64,000 bases of DNA from the IMG/VR virus record IMGVR_UViG_3300042397_001885; one strand, given 5' to 3'. Below are positions 28,935 to 38,719 of this stretch, piece after piece. The DNA comes from an uncultured virus (IMG/VR IMGVR_UViG_3300042397_001885) (lineage: Duplodnaviria; Heunggongvirae; Uroviricota; Caudoviricetes). Positions within the stretch are counted from its first letter, which is position 1, and every line of letters starts with the position of its first letter. The notes under the pieces are model-generated. The model did not search any database and was not told the origin of the DNA. It saw nothing but the letters and a program-made list of their open reading frames with translations. The position numbers and the translations under genes are program-made.

Positions 28935-30491
28935 TTATACTACAGATCTTCCTTCACCACCAGGATTTCTTCCTGTTGTAGTTGAAGTAGAGTCAGATGC
29001 CTGATCAGTTCTTTGCTGATCTCTTTGCCTTGTTCCAGACATTTGAGCATTCTGTTCTGCACGTTGTTGAGGGGTCATAACTACTGGAATATCTCCTTGT
29101 GGAACTACTGGGAGTCCAAGTCTAGGTCTGATATCATTTGGAACAACAACTTGTGCCCTTAGATATCTTTCATCAATTTGACTTTGAGTATTTTCATCAG
29201 TCAAAGTTAGTTCATTAAACTTTAGTAAAAGGATGTCTGTCTTTTCTTTAATAAGCTTGTTTATTGTTTTCTCTAAATTCTTTTGAGATGGTCTAGCAAC
29301 CTGCTCTTTAAAAGTTCTGTCTGAAACTAAAGCAGAGGCAATTGAACTTCCAGGGTCTGACCCAACTTTAGAAATAGGAACTTGATGTGCCATCAAAATA
29401 TCATGAACGTTGGAAGTTCTGTACTTATCAAAAGATCCTTCTTGAATTCCATTTTCAACTGGCTCCATTTTAAATTCAACTTTATTATCTGCTGCATCTC
29501 CAGGGAGTGGGATATAAAGAGTTCTATGATTTTGTCCACGAAGACCAGACTGTAGGAATCTAAACAACTTGTCTTCTGCATCTGCAGAAAGTTTTGCACC
29601 CTTTAGTGTAACAATATATCTTGGAACAGCTTTGTTTTCAAAATAATCAATGTTATACCTTGCAGCAAGCTGATCTCCAACAACTGATGTTGCAGCAGAA
29701 ACTACATCTGGAACACCATAGTAAGTATTCTTTGGGCTATACTTTTTAATATGTATTAATTCATTAGGTCTTTGATCTGAAGTAACAGGGTTTGCTGTTG
29801 AACTATCTTGAAAGTTTCTAAAGTATACTACTCTTTGATTTACAATCTGAATATATCCATCACGCATACGTCTTACACGAACTGTTGTGGCAGGAATGTG
29901 ACCAATGTAGCCAATTTCTCCAGTATTTTTTCTTCCAATTTCAATATATCCGTTACCAGTTGCTTCATAGTCTGTCATTGCTTTTTCAAGAACATGAGTA
30001 AAAGTATCTTCATCATTTAGTTCTTCAAGCCAATTAGTTAATTCAGACTTTGCTCTTTCAACTTTTCTTTGTGCTCTAACTCTTTGATTAACATCTTCAA
30101 TTTCTTCAATTCTTGCCTTAACAATATCAGACATTATAAAGTTGTAACCAAGACCAACGGTATTAGCAACCTTTGCATTAATTGCAGCGTGGTTTGCAAA
30201 AGAGTTGTCAAAGAAAAAAGCCAATTCATCAAGATTGTATGGTGGCAAAACCACATCAAAAAGACCGTAAGCTGTAGTGATATCTTGTTCTGGAAATAGC
30301 TGCTTTGACTTTGCACCATCTTGACCAGTGTAAGCCTTGCTCATTCTAGTTATTCTTCTTTTAAAATTTGCATCAATACCATCAAAAGCTTTTACTACGT
30401 CTGCCTCATTCATAAAATCATCAGACTTGTTTGCTGATGGTTTATTTTTGTCTAGATTGTCCAGTCTGGCAATTGTTTCAGTCATCTCCAT
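28935..30491 (-). CDS. portal protein
   Basis: DYEATGNGYIEI, HIPATTVR, YYGVPD, YFENKAVP; start moved from 30542 to MEMTET at 30491. Confidence 0.92.
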   Translation of the reverse strand: MEMTETIARLDNLDKNKPSANKSDDFMNEADVVKAFDGIDANFKRRITRMSKAYTGQDGAKSKQLFPEQDITTAYGLFDVVLPPYNLDELAFFFDNSFANHAAINAKVANTVGLGYNFIMSDIVKARIEEIEDVNQRVRAQRKVERAKSELTNWLEELNDEDTFTHVLEKAMTDYEATGNGYIEIGRKNTGEIGYIGHIPATTVRVRRMRDGYIQIVNQRVVYFRNFQDSSTANPVTSDQRPNELIHIKKYSPKNTYYGVPDVVSAATSVVGDQLAARYNIDYFENKAVPRYIVTLKGAKLSADAEDKLFRFLQSGLRGQNHRTLYIPLPGDAADNKVEFKMEPVENGIQEGSFDKYRTSNVHDILMAHQVPISKVGSDPGSSIASALVSDRTFKEQVARPSQKNLEKTINKLIKEKTDILLLKFNELTLTDENTQSQIDERYLRAQVVVPNDIRPRLGLPVVPQGDIPVVMTPQQRAEQNAQMSGTRQRDQQRTDQASDSTSTTTGRNPGGEGRSVV

Positions 30492-30849
30492 GCTTATTAA
30501 GCCCCTTTGCTGCATCTGCAAAAGCATCAGTATCAAATTCACTAGGAATATATCCCTGTTTCATTCTATCAATCTGTACAGAATGCTCTTCGTCTGTAAT
30601 TCTTGTAACTCCTGGCATAAAAACTGCCTTACCTTCTCCAGCACCATAATGTGCTGCAGCCTGTGTAAGCCTGTTAATTGCAGTTAAGTCATATTTTCTG
30701 GCTGGGATGTTCATAAAATTTCCATCGTCATCACCAAATATTTTTCCAGTTTCTAGTTTCCAAACATACAGTCCGTAGTCAGCATTGTTCTCTACGACCT
30801 TTACTTTTGGCTTGTTTGGCAGTTTTTGTAATCCATCAATATATTCCAT
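30478..30849 (-). CDS. hypothetical protein upstream of portal
   Basis: Start MEYIDG lies 6 nt below a TGGTACAAT element; overlaps the portal start. Confidence 0.7.
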   Translation of the reverse strand: MEYIDGLQKLPNKPKVKVVENNADYGLYVWKLETGKIFGDDDGNFMNIPARKYDLTAINRLTQAAAHYGAGEGKAVFMPGVTRITDEEHSVQIDRMKQGYIPSEFDTDAFADAAKGLNKHGDD

Positions 30850-30875
30850 GACATCATTGTACCATAATTTGACGG

Positions 30876-33800
30876 TTAAACCAAATAGGTGTCCCAAGAT
30901 ATGTCATTTAATATTACAACAGAATCAAAACTGACACTAATTACGCTATTATCGTCTCCAACTCCAGAAGAAAGACCTGCATATGTGTTAAAAATTTCTT
31001 TTCCATCTAAAGACAAAACAGTAACTTCAAGAGATTCTTCATTTAATATCTGTTGCCAATTGAAAGATGTAGACCCAGATCCAGACCAGTATTCCCAAGT
31101 TCTATTGTCAACAAGATCCCATTCGTCAAAAACAATTAAGTTTTGTTTAATAGGATTTAGTTCCATAAAGCTTGCAACATTGTCAACTTTAACTCCAGAA
31201 TATATTTCAATCTGAGCAAGAATTCCATTTAAAGGTATAGAGTTTTCCTGCAAAGCTATTGCTATATAGTTCCAGGTAAGTGGCTCAATTACTATATCAT
31301 TTACAAGCTTTCCATTTAAAAATGATTTTGCATCTAAAAACTGATCTCCAGTAACAGAATCAACTATTGAAAAGAATGCTCTTTTTCCATCTTCTTCAGG
31401 AATTAGAATTATGTCGTAAGAGTTGTTTGAGCTAAATATCTTTCCAATCTTTTTTCTTTCAGTAAAAGAGCTTGCCTCATCATACATTAAAAACATTTGA
31501 ATTCCTACCATTTCTTGATTAACCTTTAAAGTTTGGTTAACTGGAATTGACAACCCTTTTATTAAATTTTCGTCAACTTCTGGCAATACCTGTATTCCAG
31601 AGTCTCCTGCTAGATACAAATATGGAGATGATTCTGTGTCAATCACTACTGGAACATTTCTTTTGTAAACATACTGATTTTCATTTTTAACTATTGGATA
31701 AAACTTACCTGCAGTAGGAGTATTTATTGAATAAAATTGTCCTTCATCAAACGATAGACCTGCAATCCCCATATTTTTAACATTAACATTTTCTGTTTTT
31801 ATACCTTTAGAGGAAATTTCAATATGAATTGTGACATAATAATTTGAAAATCCTGCAATATTTTTTGGAACATACATAACTGTTTTATCATTAATTTTAT
31901 ACTTTGTGTTATTTGGAGAAGTAATTTTTCCTAAATCTAAAATTTTATCAATTCCAATAATCTCTGTATTAGCAAACTGTGTATATGTGGTTTTTCCTAT
32001 TTTAGAAACATCCTGCAAGGTTACAAAAACTTTTGTAGATAATGATTCTTGATACAAAGAAGACAGTTCACTATGTTTTGAAAATGTTGAAGATGGTGTA
32101 TCTATATTAAACTGTAGCATATCTAAGTCATACTTTAAATCTCCATTATTTTGAGTTATATATCTTCCAAAGTAGGAAAGGGGGATGGAATTTTCCCAGT
32201 AACCAGATACTCCTATGTCTAAAACCATTGAGGTATTGGTAGCTTTAGGAAGAAGTGTATAGGATCCAATATAGTCATAAAATTTTGAATTAAAGTTTTT
32301 GATAGCAAAACCGTAAGAGTCAAACATTTCTGACCCATCTTTATCTGTAAAGAAGTCGCTATTTATTGTTAAAGAAAATATTTTTCCTAAAAACACATCT
32401 TCATCTTTTCCTGCAAAATTTAAAGACAAGGTATCTGGTCTTGAAAAGAATGATCCAACTACAGAGTTATAAGCCTGTTCTATTTTATTAAAATCAATTC
32501 CCACTGCAAAAAAAGAATTTTGAGAAATTGTTTCTGATTTTAATACAGTTTCGTTATAAGAATATTGAACACTTGCAGAATCAATGAAAACTTCAAAAAC
32601 ATCTGAGCTAGTATTATTTGATATATATAATATAGACTGTCTACTTGTAACATCCTCTGATGTTTTTAAAACTGAATATAGCGATCTTGTTTGATAGTTT
32701 GTCTGATTTAGCTTTGAAAAATATACTGTTCCAAAAGATTCATTAAATAAGTATTCATAGCTTGGAGCCATGCAGATAAAAGGATAATTTTCATCTTGAA
32801 GTTCATAATTATCTTCATAGAAATTTATACTAGCCAGTGACTTTTGATATTCTGAACCAATTCCAGTGTTAGTAAATAAAACCTGTGGAAGACTATATTC
32901 AGGCAAAGATATTCCTTTTGAATTTGCAACTATATTATTGTAAAATCCATCTTCCCACTTTGTTCTATCGGGATACCTTATTGTAGAGCTGTAGCCAGAA
33001 AATGGGAAGTCTACATAAGAAAGATTTCCGTTTGATGATGAAACTATGTTATCTTGCTCTTGAACTCCTTGTCCAAAAACGTATCTCTTTTTTGCAACCT
33101 GCTCTGCAACAGCATATGGGAATATTGAAAAAGAGTCAATCTCGTATAAATATATTTCTGCGTCTGTGTAAAATCCTAAGAAGTCTTCATCTTTTATTGG
33201 GAATGTTTCAATATTTAAAGATTCTATTGGTATAGATATAACCTTTTCTCCATTTATCATTAAAAATATTTCACTTGGACTTTGACAAAAATGCATAAGC
33301 ATTGGTCTATACCATTTTCCAATAAAATAAGACTTTGTATAATTTCCTACAACGATAGAAATAAATTCTTTATCTATGTATATGCCATCACTGGATGTTA
33401 GTGGTCCAAATATTCTATTCTTTTTAGTTTTTTCTGGATTAATTCTTAACCAAAACTCTGTTGTCAAAGTTTTATTATTTCCTGATTGATTTAAAAATCC
33501 TTTTCCAGGAAATATAAGGGAAGGAAAGTTGTAATACTGATCTTCTGTTAAATACAAAAATTCATACGAAGCTCCTCCGTCTATAGAATACATATACTCT
33601 GTTGAAGAAGATCCTCCATCTATCAATATTTCTTCTAAAGAAGATCCGTCAAGAATTTCAGTTAGGACTATAGCATCTTTATTTATTCTTATATTTCCGC
33701 TTGACCCATAAACCATTGGAACTCCTGCAAGTTTTGCAAAGAGAGAATTGCTTATTGATGTCACATATCCATTTTCTGACTCTGTACTAAGACCGTAGGG

Positions 33801-34475
33801 GTCTAAAACTGTACACTCTATAGATTCTGGAAAGTCTATAAGACTTCTAATATTTGATGGAAGAGGTTGTGGAGATATTCCAGTGCTTACTGAATTATAA
33901 GGTTCTGACCATTGCCCAACAGATACTCCATTTATATATACAGATGATTCATCTTCTAAAGCATCTACACTTGGATAAAATCCAACTCTTATAAAGGGAG
34001 TAAAAGTATCTTCCGAAAACTTAACTGTATGAGAAATTTTTTCCCAGTTATTCACCTTTAATGACAAATATCTTTTATAAACATACTCTCCATCAACAAT
34101 AAAACCAATATCTAAATAAAGAACATCGGTTTCTCCAGGAATGTAAATATAGGAAGAAACGCAAACGCTTCCTTTTCCAAGATCTAATTCTGAATAAGAA
34201 ATAGCAGAAGAAAGCGAAACTTCCATTTCTTTTGGAGAGTCTGTAGAAAGATAAATTTTATTAACATCTAAATCATCAAAAGGATACCCTGAAAGTGTGA
34301 ACGTTGCAGATGCATTTATAGTAGCATTATCAAAGTCCCAGTTGGATTCCGTAACCTCTTTTTCTGCATCTGAAATTAAAGAAACAAAATAGTTTGGCTC
34401 ATCCATTGACCACAAAGCTACAGGATGCTCAGCATATATTCTGGAAGCATAAAGATTTGAACGTGTGTAGGACAT
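30876..34475 (-). CDS. large virion-associated protein with LamG/ConA-like segments
   Basis: HPVALWSMDE start, TTEFWLRIN...WYRPM.MH...LMINGE pattern. Confidence 0.6.
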   Translation of the reverse strand: MSYTRSNLYASRIYAEHPVALWSMDEPNYFVSLISDAEKEVTESNWDFDNATINASATFTLSGYPFDDLDVNKIYLSTDSPKEMEVSLSSAISYSELDLGKGSVCVSSYIYIPGETDVLYLDIGFIVDGEYVYKRYLSLKVNNWEKISHTVKFSEDTFTPFIRVGFYPSVDALEDESSVYINGVSVGQWSEPYNSVSTGISPQPLPSNIRSLIDFPESIECTVLDPYGLSTESENGYVTSISNSLFAKLAGVPMVYGSSGNIRINKDAIVLTEILDGSSLEEILIDGGSSSTEYMYSIDGGASYEFLYLTEDQYYNFPSLIFPGKGFLNQSGNNKTLTTEFWLRINPEKTKKNRIFGPLTSSDGIYIDKEFISIVVGNYTKSYFIGKWYRPMLMHFCQSPSEIFLMINGEKVISIPIESLNIETFPIKDEDFLGFYTDAEIYLYEIDSFSIFPYAVAEQVAKKRYVFGQGVQEQDNIVSSSNGNLSYVDFPFSGYSSTIRYPDRTKWEDGFYNNIVANSKGISLPEYSLPQVLFTNTGIGSEYQKSLASINFYEDNYELQDENYPFICMAPSYEYLFNESFGTVYFSKLNQTNYQTRSLYSVLKTSEDVTSRQSILYISNNTSSDVFEVFIDSASVQYSYNETVLKSETISQNSFFAVGIDFNKIEQAYNSVVGSFFSRPDTLSLNFAGKDEDVFLGKIFSLTINSDFFTDKDGSEMFDSYGFAIKNFNSKFYDYIGSYTLLPKATNTSMVLDIGVSGYWENSIPLSYFGRYITQNNGDLKYDLDMLQFNIDTPSSTFSKHSELSSLYQESLSTKVFVTLQDVSKIGKTTYTQFANTEIIGIDKILDLGKITSPNNTKYKINDKTVMYVPKNIAGFSNYYVTIHIEISSKGIKTENVNVKNMGIAGLSFDEGQFYSINTPTAGKFYPIVKNENQYVYKRNVPVVIDTESSPYLYLAGDSGIQVLPEVDENLIKGLSIPVNQTLKVNQEMVGIQMFLMYDEASSFTERKKIGKIFSSNNSYDIILIPEEDGKRAFFSIVDSVTGDQFLDAKSFLNGKLVNDIVIEPLTWNYIAIALQENSIPLNGILAQIEIYSGVKVDNVASFMELNPIKQNLIVFDEWDLVDNRTWEYWSGSGSTSFNWQQILNEESLEVTVLSLDGKEIFNTYAGLSSGVGDDNSVISVSFDSVVILNDISWDTYLV

Positions 34476-34506
34476 AGATTACCTCTAGTCTATTTTATCA
34501 TAGAGA

Positions 34507-36447
34507 CTATCTTGTAATATCTACAATTTCACAAGCTCCAGCAACACAGGATAGTTCTTGGCTTCCAGTTGTTCCATCAGTTGTTTCATACAAAGAAAGC
34601 ATGTCCCAGCGAATTGAGTCTGGCATCTTACTTAGCCAGGAATCGTACTCTTCTTTAGATATTTCCTGATAAGGAGCTTGCTTGTAAGAGTGTTCAACTG
34701 ATGGAAGAAATGAAACTCCGCCAATTGAGTCAAAGTTGTCAAATACCCAAGCACCAACACGCATCCACTCATCTTCTTCAACATTGATAGTTACACTTGG
34801 ATTATGTTCTGTCCAGTGAGTTCTATATGTCTTCCACATTTCAAGATGATCAATTGCTGTTAAATCTTTTGTAAGTACTGCATTTTTTGGAGCCTTAATT
34901 GGGAAGTAGAATACAGTTGTAACTTCTGGCTTCATAACATCTGGCTCAAAAGGAATTCCAGAATCTTTTAAAAACTGAGTTAAAGGATCTTTGTTATCTG
35001 CTCTAACACTTCTTACATAGTATTCTGAATACCATGGGTGAATACCAGAAGACACTCCTGTAAGCTGTGAAACAGTTCCTGAAGGCTTTACACAGGTAAT
35101 TGATACTGAAGGATTAATGTTTAAAGACTTAGCCTCTTTTTCATTTACTGAAACAGATAGATCTCTCATTTCATCAAGAAGTGACTCAAGAGCTTTTCCA
35201 TTTGTAGCAGTAATTTTATTTCCATAGATACCAGTTAAGGATACTCCAAGAAGTCTTTCTTCTTCACAGTTATCTCTCCAAGTTTTTCTAATATACTTAA
35301 AATTAGTCAAAGTTGATTGCCATGTTCCAAGAATTGTTGCAAGTCTAACCTTTTCAAGCAAGGTTTCTTTTGTATCAGTTGCATCAATTACAACTTCTGT
35401 TAAATTGCAAAATTCATTTGGACGAAGAAGAATTTCTCCACAGGGATTTGTTCCACCAACTAGGCTTGAATCTCTACGACCAAACTTATCAATATGTTTA
35501 CGAACAGAATCAATGTTGTAAATTCCACGCTCACCAGACTTTGACTCGTATAGGTTTCTCCATTCACGAAGGAACTGTGCAGTGTTTGGCTTAGAATTAT
35601 AAACAGCAGAGTTATTTGCTAACGCTCTCTGACCATTACCTTCCCACCATTGACCACTCTTAGCTTTTGCCATTTCAAAATCATCTAGGTTAGATAATGA
35701 AATTAAAGCACTTCTGCGAACTCCACCAACTACAACAACTTCTCCAATCTTACACATTAAATCATGTGCCTCAATTGACTTCATTCTTCTTCCTGAAGCA
35801 ACCTTAAATGTTTCAATTGTAAAATTAAAAAGATCTACAAGTGGATCTGGACCAGATGCTCTTCCACCAAATACCTTTAGTCTTGCCCCAGCAGGACGAA
35901 CCTTTGAAACATCCCAGTTTGGAATTTGACCCTGATAGAGAAGTGCAATCAATTCCTTGTAAGCCTTTGCCCATCCTAGTTTTGAGTCGTCAACAACAAT
36001 TGTAGTATCTGTTTGAAAAAATGATTCTGAAATAACTGGGAGTTGATTAATATATTTTTGCTCAACACTAAATCCAACACCAGTTCCATTCATTAAAATA
36101 TACATAGCCTCATCAAAGGCTCTAGGGCTGTCTACGGCAATAAAAGAGCAATTGTATGCTGCGATATGGTCTCTTTCTAAAGCAGGTCCAGCGGTCATCA
36201 GTGCCCTCATAGATGGCATTATGTGGTGGTTCAGGATTGCTTCTCTAACTTCAGTAAACACTTTTGCATTTGGACTGTATCCATGATTAAGTACGAGATG
36301 ATCTCTCATGAAGTTACAATATCTGTCAACGGTTTCCTCCCAAGTTTCTCTACGATTTTCGTTTTCAATCCAGCGAGCATACCTTGAGATATGAATAAAA
36401 TTGCGGTATGGATCTGTTATAGATCCGTTGGAGTCAATAAATGACAT
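34507..36447 (-). CDS. nrdJ: class II (adenosylcobalamin-dependent) ribonucleotide reductase
   Basis: RRETWEETVDR, AAYNCSF, GTGVGFS, GGVRRSA, TNPCGEI, TCVKPSGT, C-terminal CVAGACE; no beta-subunit gene alongside; start MSFIDS at 36447. Confidence 0.9.
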   Translation of the reverse strand: MSFIDSNGSITDPYRNFIHISRYARWIENENRRETWEETVDRYCNFMRDHLVLNHGYSPNAKVFTEVREAILNHHIMPSMRALMTAGPALERDHIAAYNCSFIAVDSPRAFDEAMYILMNGTGVGFSVEQKYINQLPVISESFFQTDTTIVVDDSKLGWAKAYKELIALLYQGQIPNWDVSKVRPAGARLKVFGGRASGPDPLVDLFNFTIETFKVASGRRMKSIEAHDLMCKIGEVVVVGGVRRSALISLSNLDDFEMAKAKSGQWWEGNGQRALANNSAVYNSKPNTAQFLREWRNLYESKSGERGIYNIDSVRKHIDKFGRRDSSLVGGTNPCGEILLRPNEFCNLTEVVIDATDTKETLLEKVRLATILGTWQSTLTNFKYIRKTWRDNCEEERLLGVSLTGIYGNKITATNGKALESLLDEMRDLSVSVNEKEAKSLNINPSVSITCVKPSGTVSQLTGVSSGIHPWYSEYYVRSVRADNKDPLTQFLKDSGIPFEPDVMKPEVTTVFYFPIKAPKNAVLTKDLTAIDHLEMWKTYRTHWTEHNPSVTINVEEDEWMRVGAWVFDNFDSIGGVSFLPSVEHSYKQAPYQEISKEEYDSWLSKMPDSIRWDMLSLYETTDGTTGSQELSCVAGACEIVDITR

Positions 36448-36514
36448 TGTGTAACACGTCCTTCTGATAAAATGGGAATAGTTATATTCTACACTAATAT
36501 TCAAGGAGAATCAA

Positions 36515-36748
36515 ATGAACGTTACCATACAAGAGGTAAACCTATATAACGAACTAGTTAAAGTTAACAAAGCAGTAGAAATTATTTGTCCATTTAATGA
36601 AAACGAAGAATTTCCAGATCTTGTTATCTCACAAGTTGATAGTAGTGACAAGGTATATTTTTATTGTTTATCTTGCCAAACTTCTTTTTACCCAGGAATT
36701 GACATGATTGAAAAAATTAAAGGATATATATCTTTAGCTACTTCTTAA
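36515..36748 (+). CDS. small hypothetical protein, possible Zn ribbon
   Basis: AAGGAG RBS, TGATAAAAT at 36465-36473, CP...YCLSC. Confidence 0.7.
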   Translation: MNVTIQEVNLYNELVKVNKAVEIICPFNENEEFPDLVISQVDSSDKVYFYCLSCQTSFYPGIDMIEKIKGYISLATS

Positions 36749-37268
36749 AAAGAAGCTTTGTGTTGTTGGTAGGCTGTTGAATAAATTGTCTATTAACAAA
36801 ACTTTTATCCCCTGGCTTTTTAATTTTATCTTTTACTGAAAATGTATCAAACACAGTTCCAGGATTTAAATAAGAAACTATTCCTTGACCAACTACAAGT
36901 GCATAAACCTCTTCATCAATTTCTATTGAATCATTTGTTAAATTTATTGTTAGTGTAGGACATTTAAAATCTATGTCATATTGATCTTTTGGCATAGACT
37001 TTTTCTTTAATTCTCTAACCTTGATGTCTGCTTTTGAACATTGATAATATATTTTAGAAGCAAGCTCTTCCATATTCTCAACATTGTTATAGATATAAGC
37101 ATTTAGTTTTGAATCCGATGGAAATTCTGGTATCTTTAAACTAATGCAAAAGTCAGCATTAGACTCATGAACAGATAGATTATGAACAGTTTCTTGTCTA
37201 ATATATTTTTTTAATAGATCTGCAACTAATTCAGAATTACTGTCATTTTTTATATATATTTTAGCCAT
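36738..37268 (-). CDS. hypothetical protein, possibly a degenerate Amidase_3 fold
   Basis: Start MAKIYI; NADFCISLK, EELASKIY and KCPTLTIN resemble amidase_3 elements without the catalytic His/Glu. Confidence 0.45.
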   Translation of the reverse strand: MAKIYIKNDSNSELVADLLKKYIRQETVHNLSVHESNADFCISLKIPEFPSDSKLNAYIYNNVENMEELASKIYYQCSKADIKVRELKKKSMPKDQYDIDFKCPTLTINLTNDSIEIDEEVYALVVGQGIVSYLNPGTVFDTFSVKDKIKKPGDKSFVNRQFIQQPTNNTKLLFKK

Positions 37269-37275
37269 ACATATA

Positions 37276-38370
37276 TTATAACGCAAGAATTTCTTTGCAA
37301 ACTCTATCCCAGTCATACCCTGTTTGTTTCATTGAAAACTTTTCAGATATAATTTGAAAATTCTTATCTCTTTCTTCAAGCCTTACTTTTGGATCTAACA
37401 ACTCTTCCATATGACTAGTCCATTCATCTGGAGTATTTGCAATTCTTCCAACACCAGCATCTGAGAATAATTGATACTCTGGAAGTCCTCCAGAAGCAAT
37501 GAATGGAACTCCTGCTGCTGCATTCTCAAGACCTTTTAAATAAGACTTTGCGTGATTAAATGGAACGTTTCTTAACGGGACAATGCCAACATCCATTTTT
37601 CTAAATAGTTCTGGAACATGAAGCATTGTTTTCATTGGTTCAACTGAGCAATATTTTTTATCAATACCAATTTGCTGAGCTGCTGTTGGGGCATTAATAA
37701 TGTTTCCTGCATGATGAAACTTCAGATGTTTCTTTTTTAAGAACTCTCCAAAGAAAGGCTTTAAAGTTTCAAGGTCTCCAGATCTCCAAGGAGTTGCACC
37801 AACCCATCCAAACGTTGGAAGACGACCAGAAAAATCTTTTCTTTTTATACCCCAGCGTTCAATGTCTATTCCATTTCTAACTAAATATACTGGCTTTTCT
37901 GGATACTTGTTTTGGTAGAAGTCTTTTAAAAATGGAGTAGAAGTTATTAATGCATCTGCTTGATTAATAATTGCAATGTAGTGATCCCTATTGTTATTTG
38001 GATTTGAATCTGGATGAGTAGTTTTGTATGCAAGATTTGTTTCTTCAAGACCTTCCATATGGTCATCAATATCAACTACAATTTTTTGACCAAGCTCTTT
38101 AGCCTGTCTTACTTGATCAACAACTCTTTCAAGCATAATAAGTTTTAAAACAATAATGTCCCAGCCATGTATTGCTTTTTCATCTGGAATTAAAATACCA
38201 AATCCATGATCTGGATTAAAACCTGGAAGACCTATTCCAGTTTCCCAGCCATGCTCCTTCAATTGCTTCATTGGAAGATATGCTCTATACCAACCACACC
38301 CATTTGGCTGTAATGGTTTTATACCAAAAGTCCAGTCATAAGTTAAAAAAGCAATTGTTGGAGATGGCAT
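37276..38370 (-). CDS. glycosyltransferase (GT-B, GT4-like)
   Basis: GCGWYRAYLP, VVDIDD, NGID, GWVG, DVGIVPL..FNHAKSYLK.LE..AAGVPFIAS. Confidence 0.9.
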   Translation of the reverse strand: MPSPTIAFLTYDWTFGIKPLQPNGCGWYRAYLPMKQLKEHGWETGIGLPGFNPDHGFGILIPDEKAIHGWDIIVLKLIMLERVVDQVRQAKELGQKIVVDIDDHMEGLEETNLAYKTTHPDSNPNNNRDHYIAIINQADALITSTPFLKDFYQNKYPEKPVYLVRNGIDIERWGIKRKDFSGRLPTFGWVGATPWRSGDLETLKPFFGEFLKKKHLKFHHAGNIINAPTAAQQIGIDKKYCSVEPMKTMLHVPELFRKMDVGIVPLRNVPFNHAKSYLKGLENAAAGVPFIASGGLPEYQLFSDAGVGRIANTPDEWTSHMEELLDPKVRLEERDKNFQIISEKFSMKQTGYDWDRVCKEILAL

Positions 38371-38376
38371 TGGGTC

Positions 38377-38655
38377 TTACTTCTTTGTTGTCTTCTTTGC
38401 AGCAACCTTTTTTGCTGCCTTAACTACTTCTGTAGCGACTTCTTCAGAAGTTGAACTTCCAGAAATTTTTCCAAATGCAATGTCATTCTTATTAAAGTAA
38501 CGAATTGCAACTGGTGCAAATGCAGCTACAAAAGCATATAGATATGTATAAGCATCAGTATTACCTGCCATATATAGTGCGAGTGCTGCACCTAGAAATG
38601 AGCGACCATAAGATTGCAAAATTTCTGTTTGTGATTTTGTTAACTTGAGTACCAT
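38377..38655 (-). CDS. small membrane protein, holin-like
   Basis: Two hydrophobic segments (SYGRSFLGAALALYMAG; YLYAFVAAFAPVAI), basic KKVAAKKTTKK tail. Confidence 0.6.
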   Translation of the reverse strand: MVLKLTKSQTEILQSYGRSFLGAALALYMAGNTDAYTYLYAFVAAFAPVAIRYFNKNDIAFGKISGSSTSEEVATEVVKAAKKVAAKKTTKK

Positions 38656-38719
38656 GTTAATTCTCCTGTCTATAGTACTTGGTAAAAGTATATACTAAAA
38701 ATGGAATAATGTCAATGCT

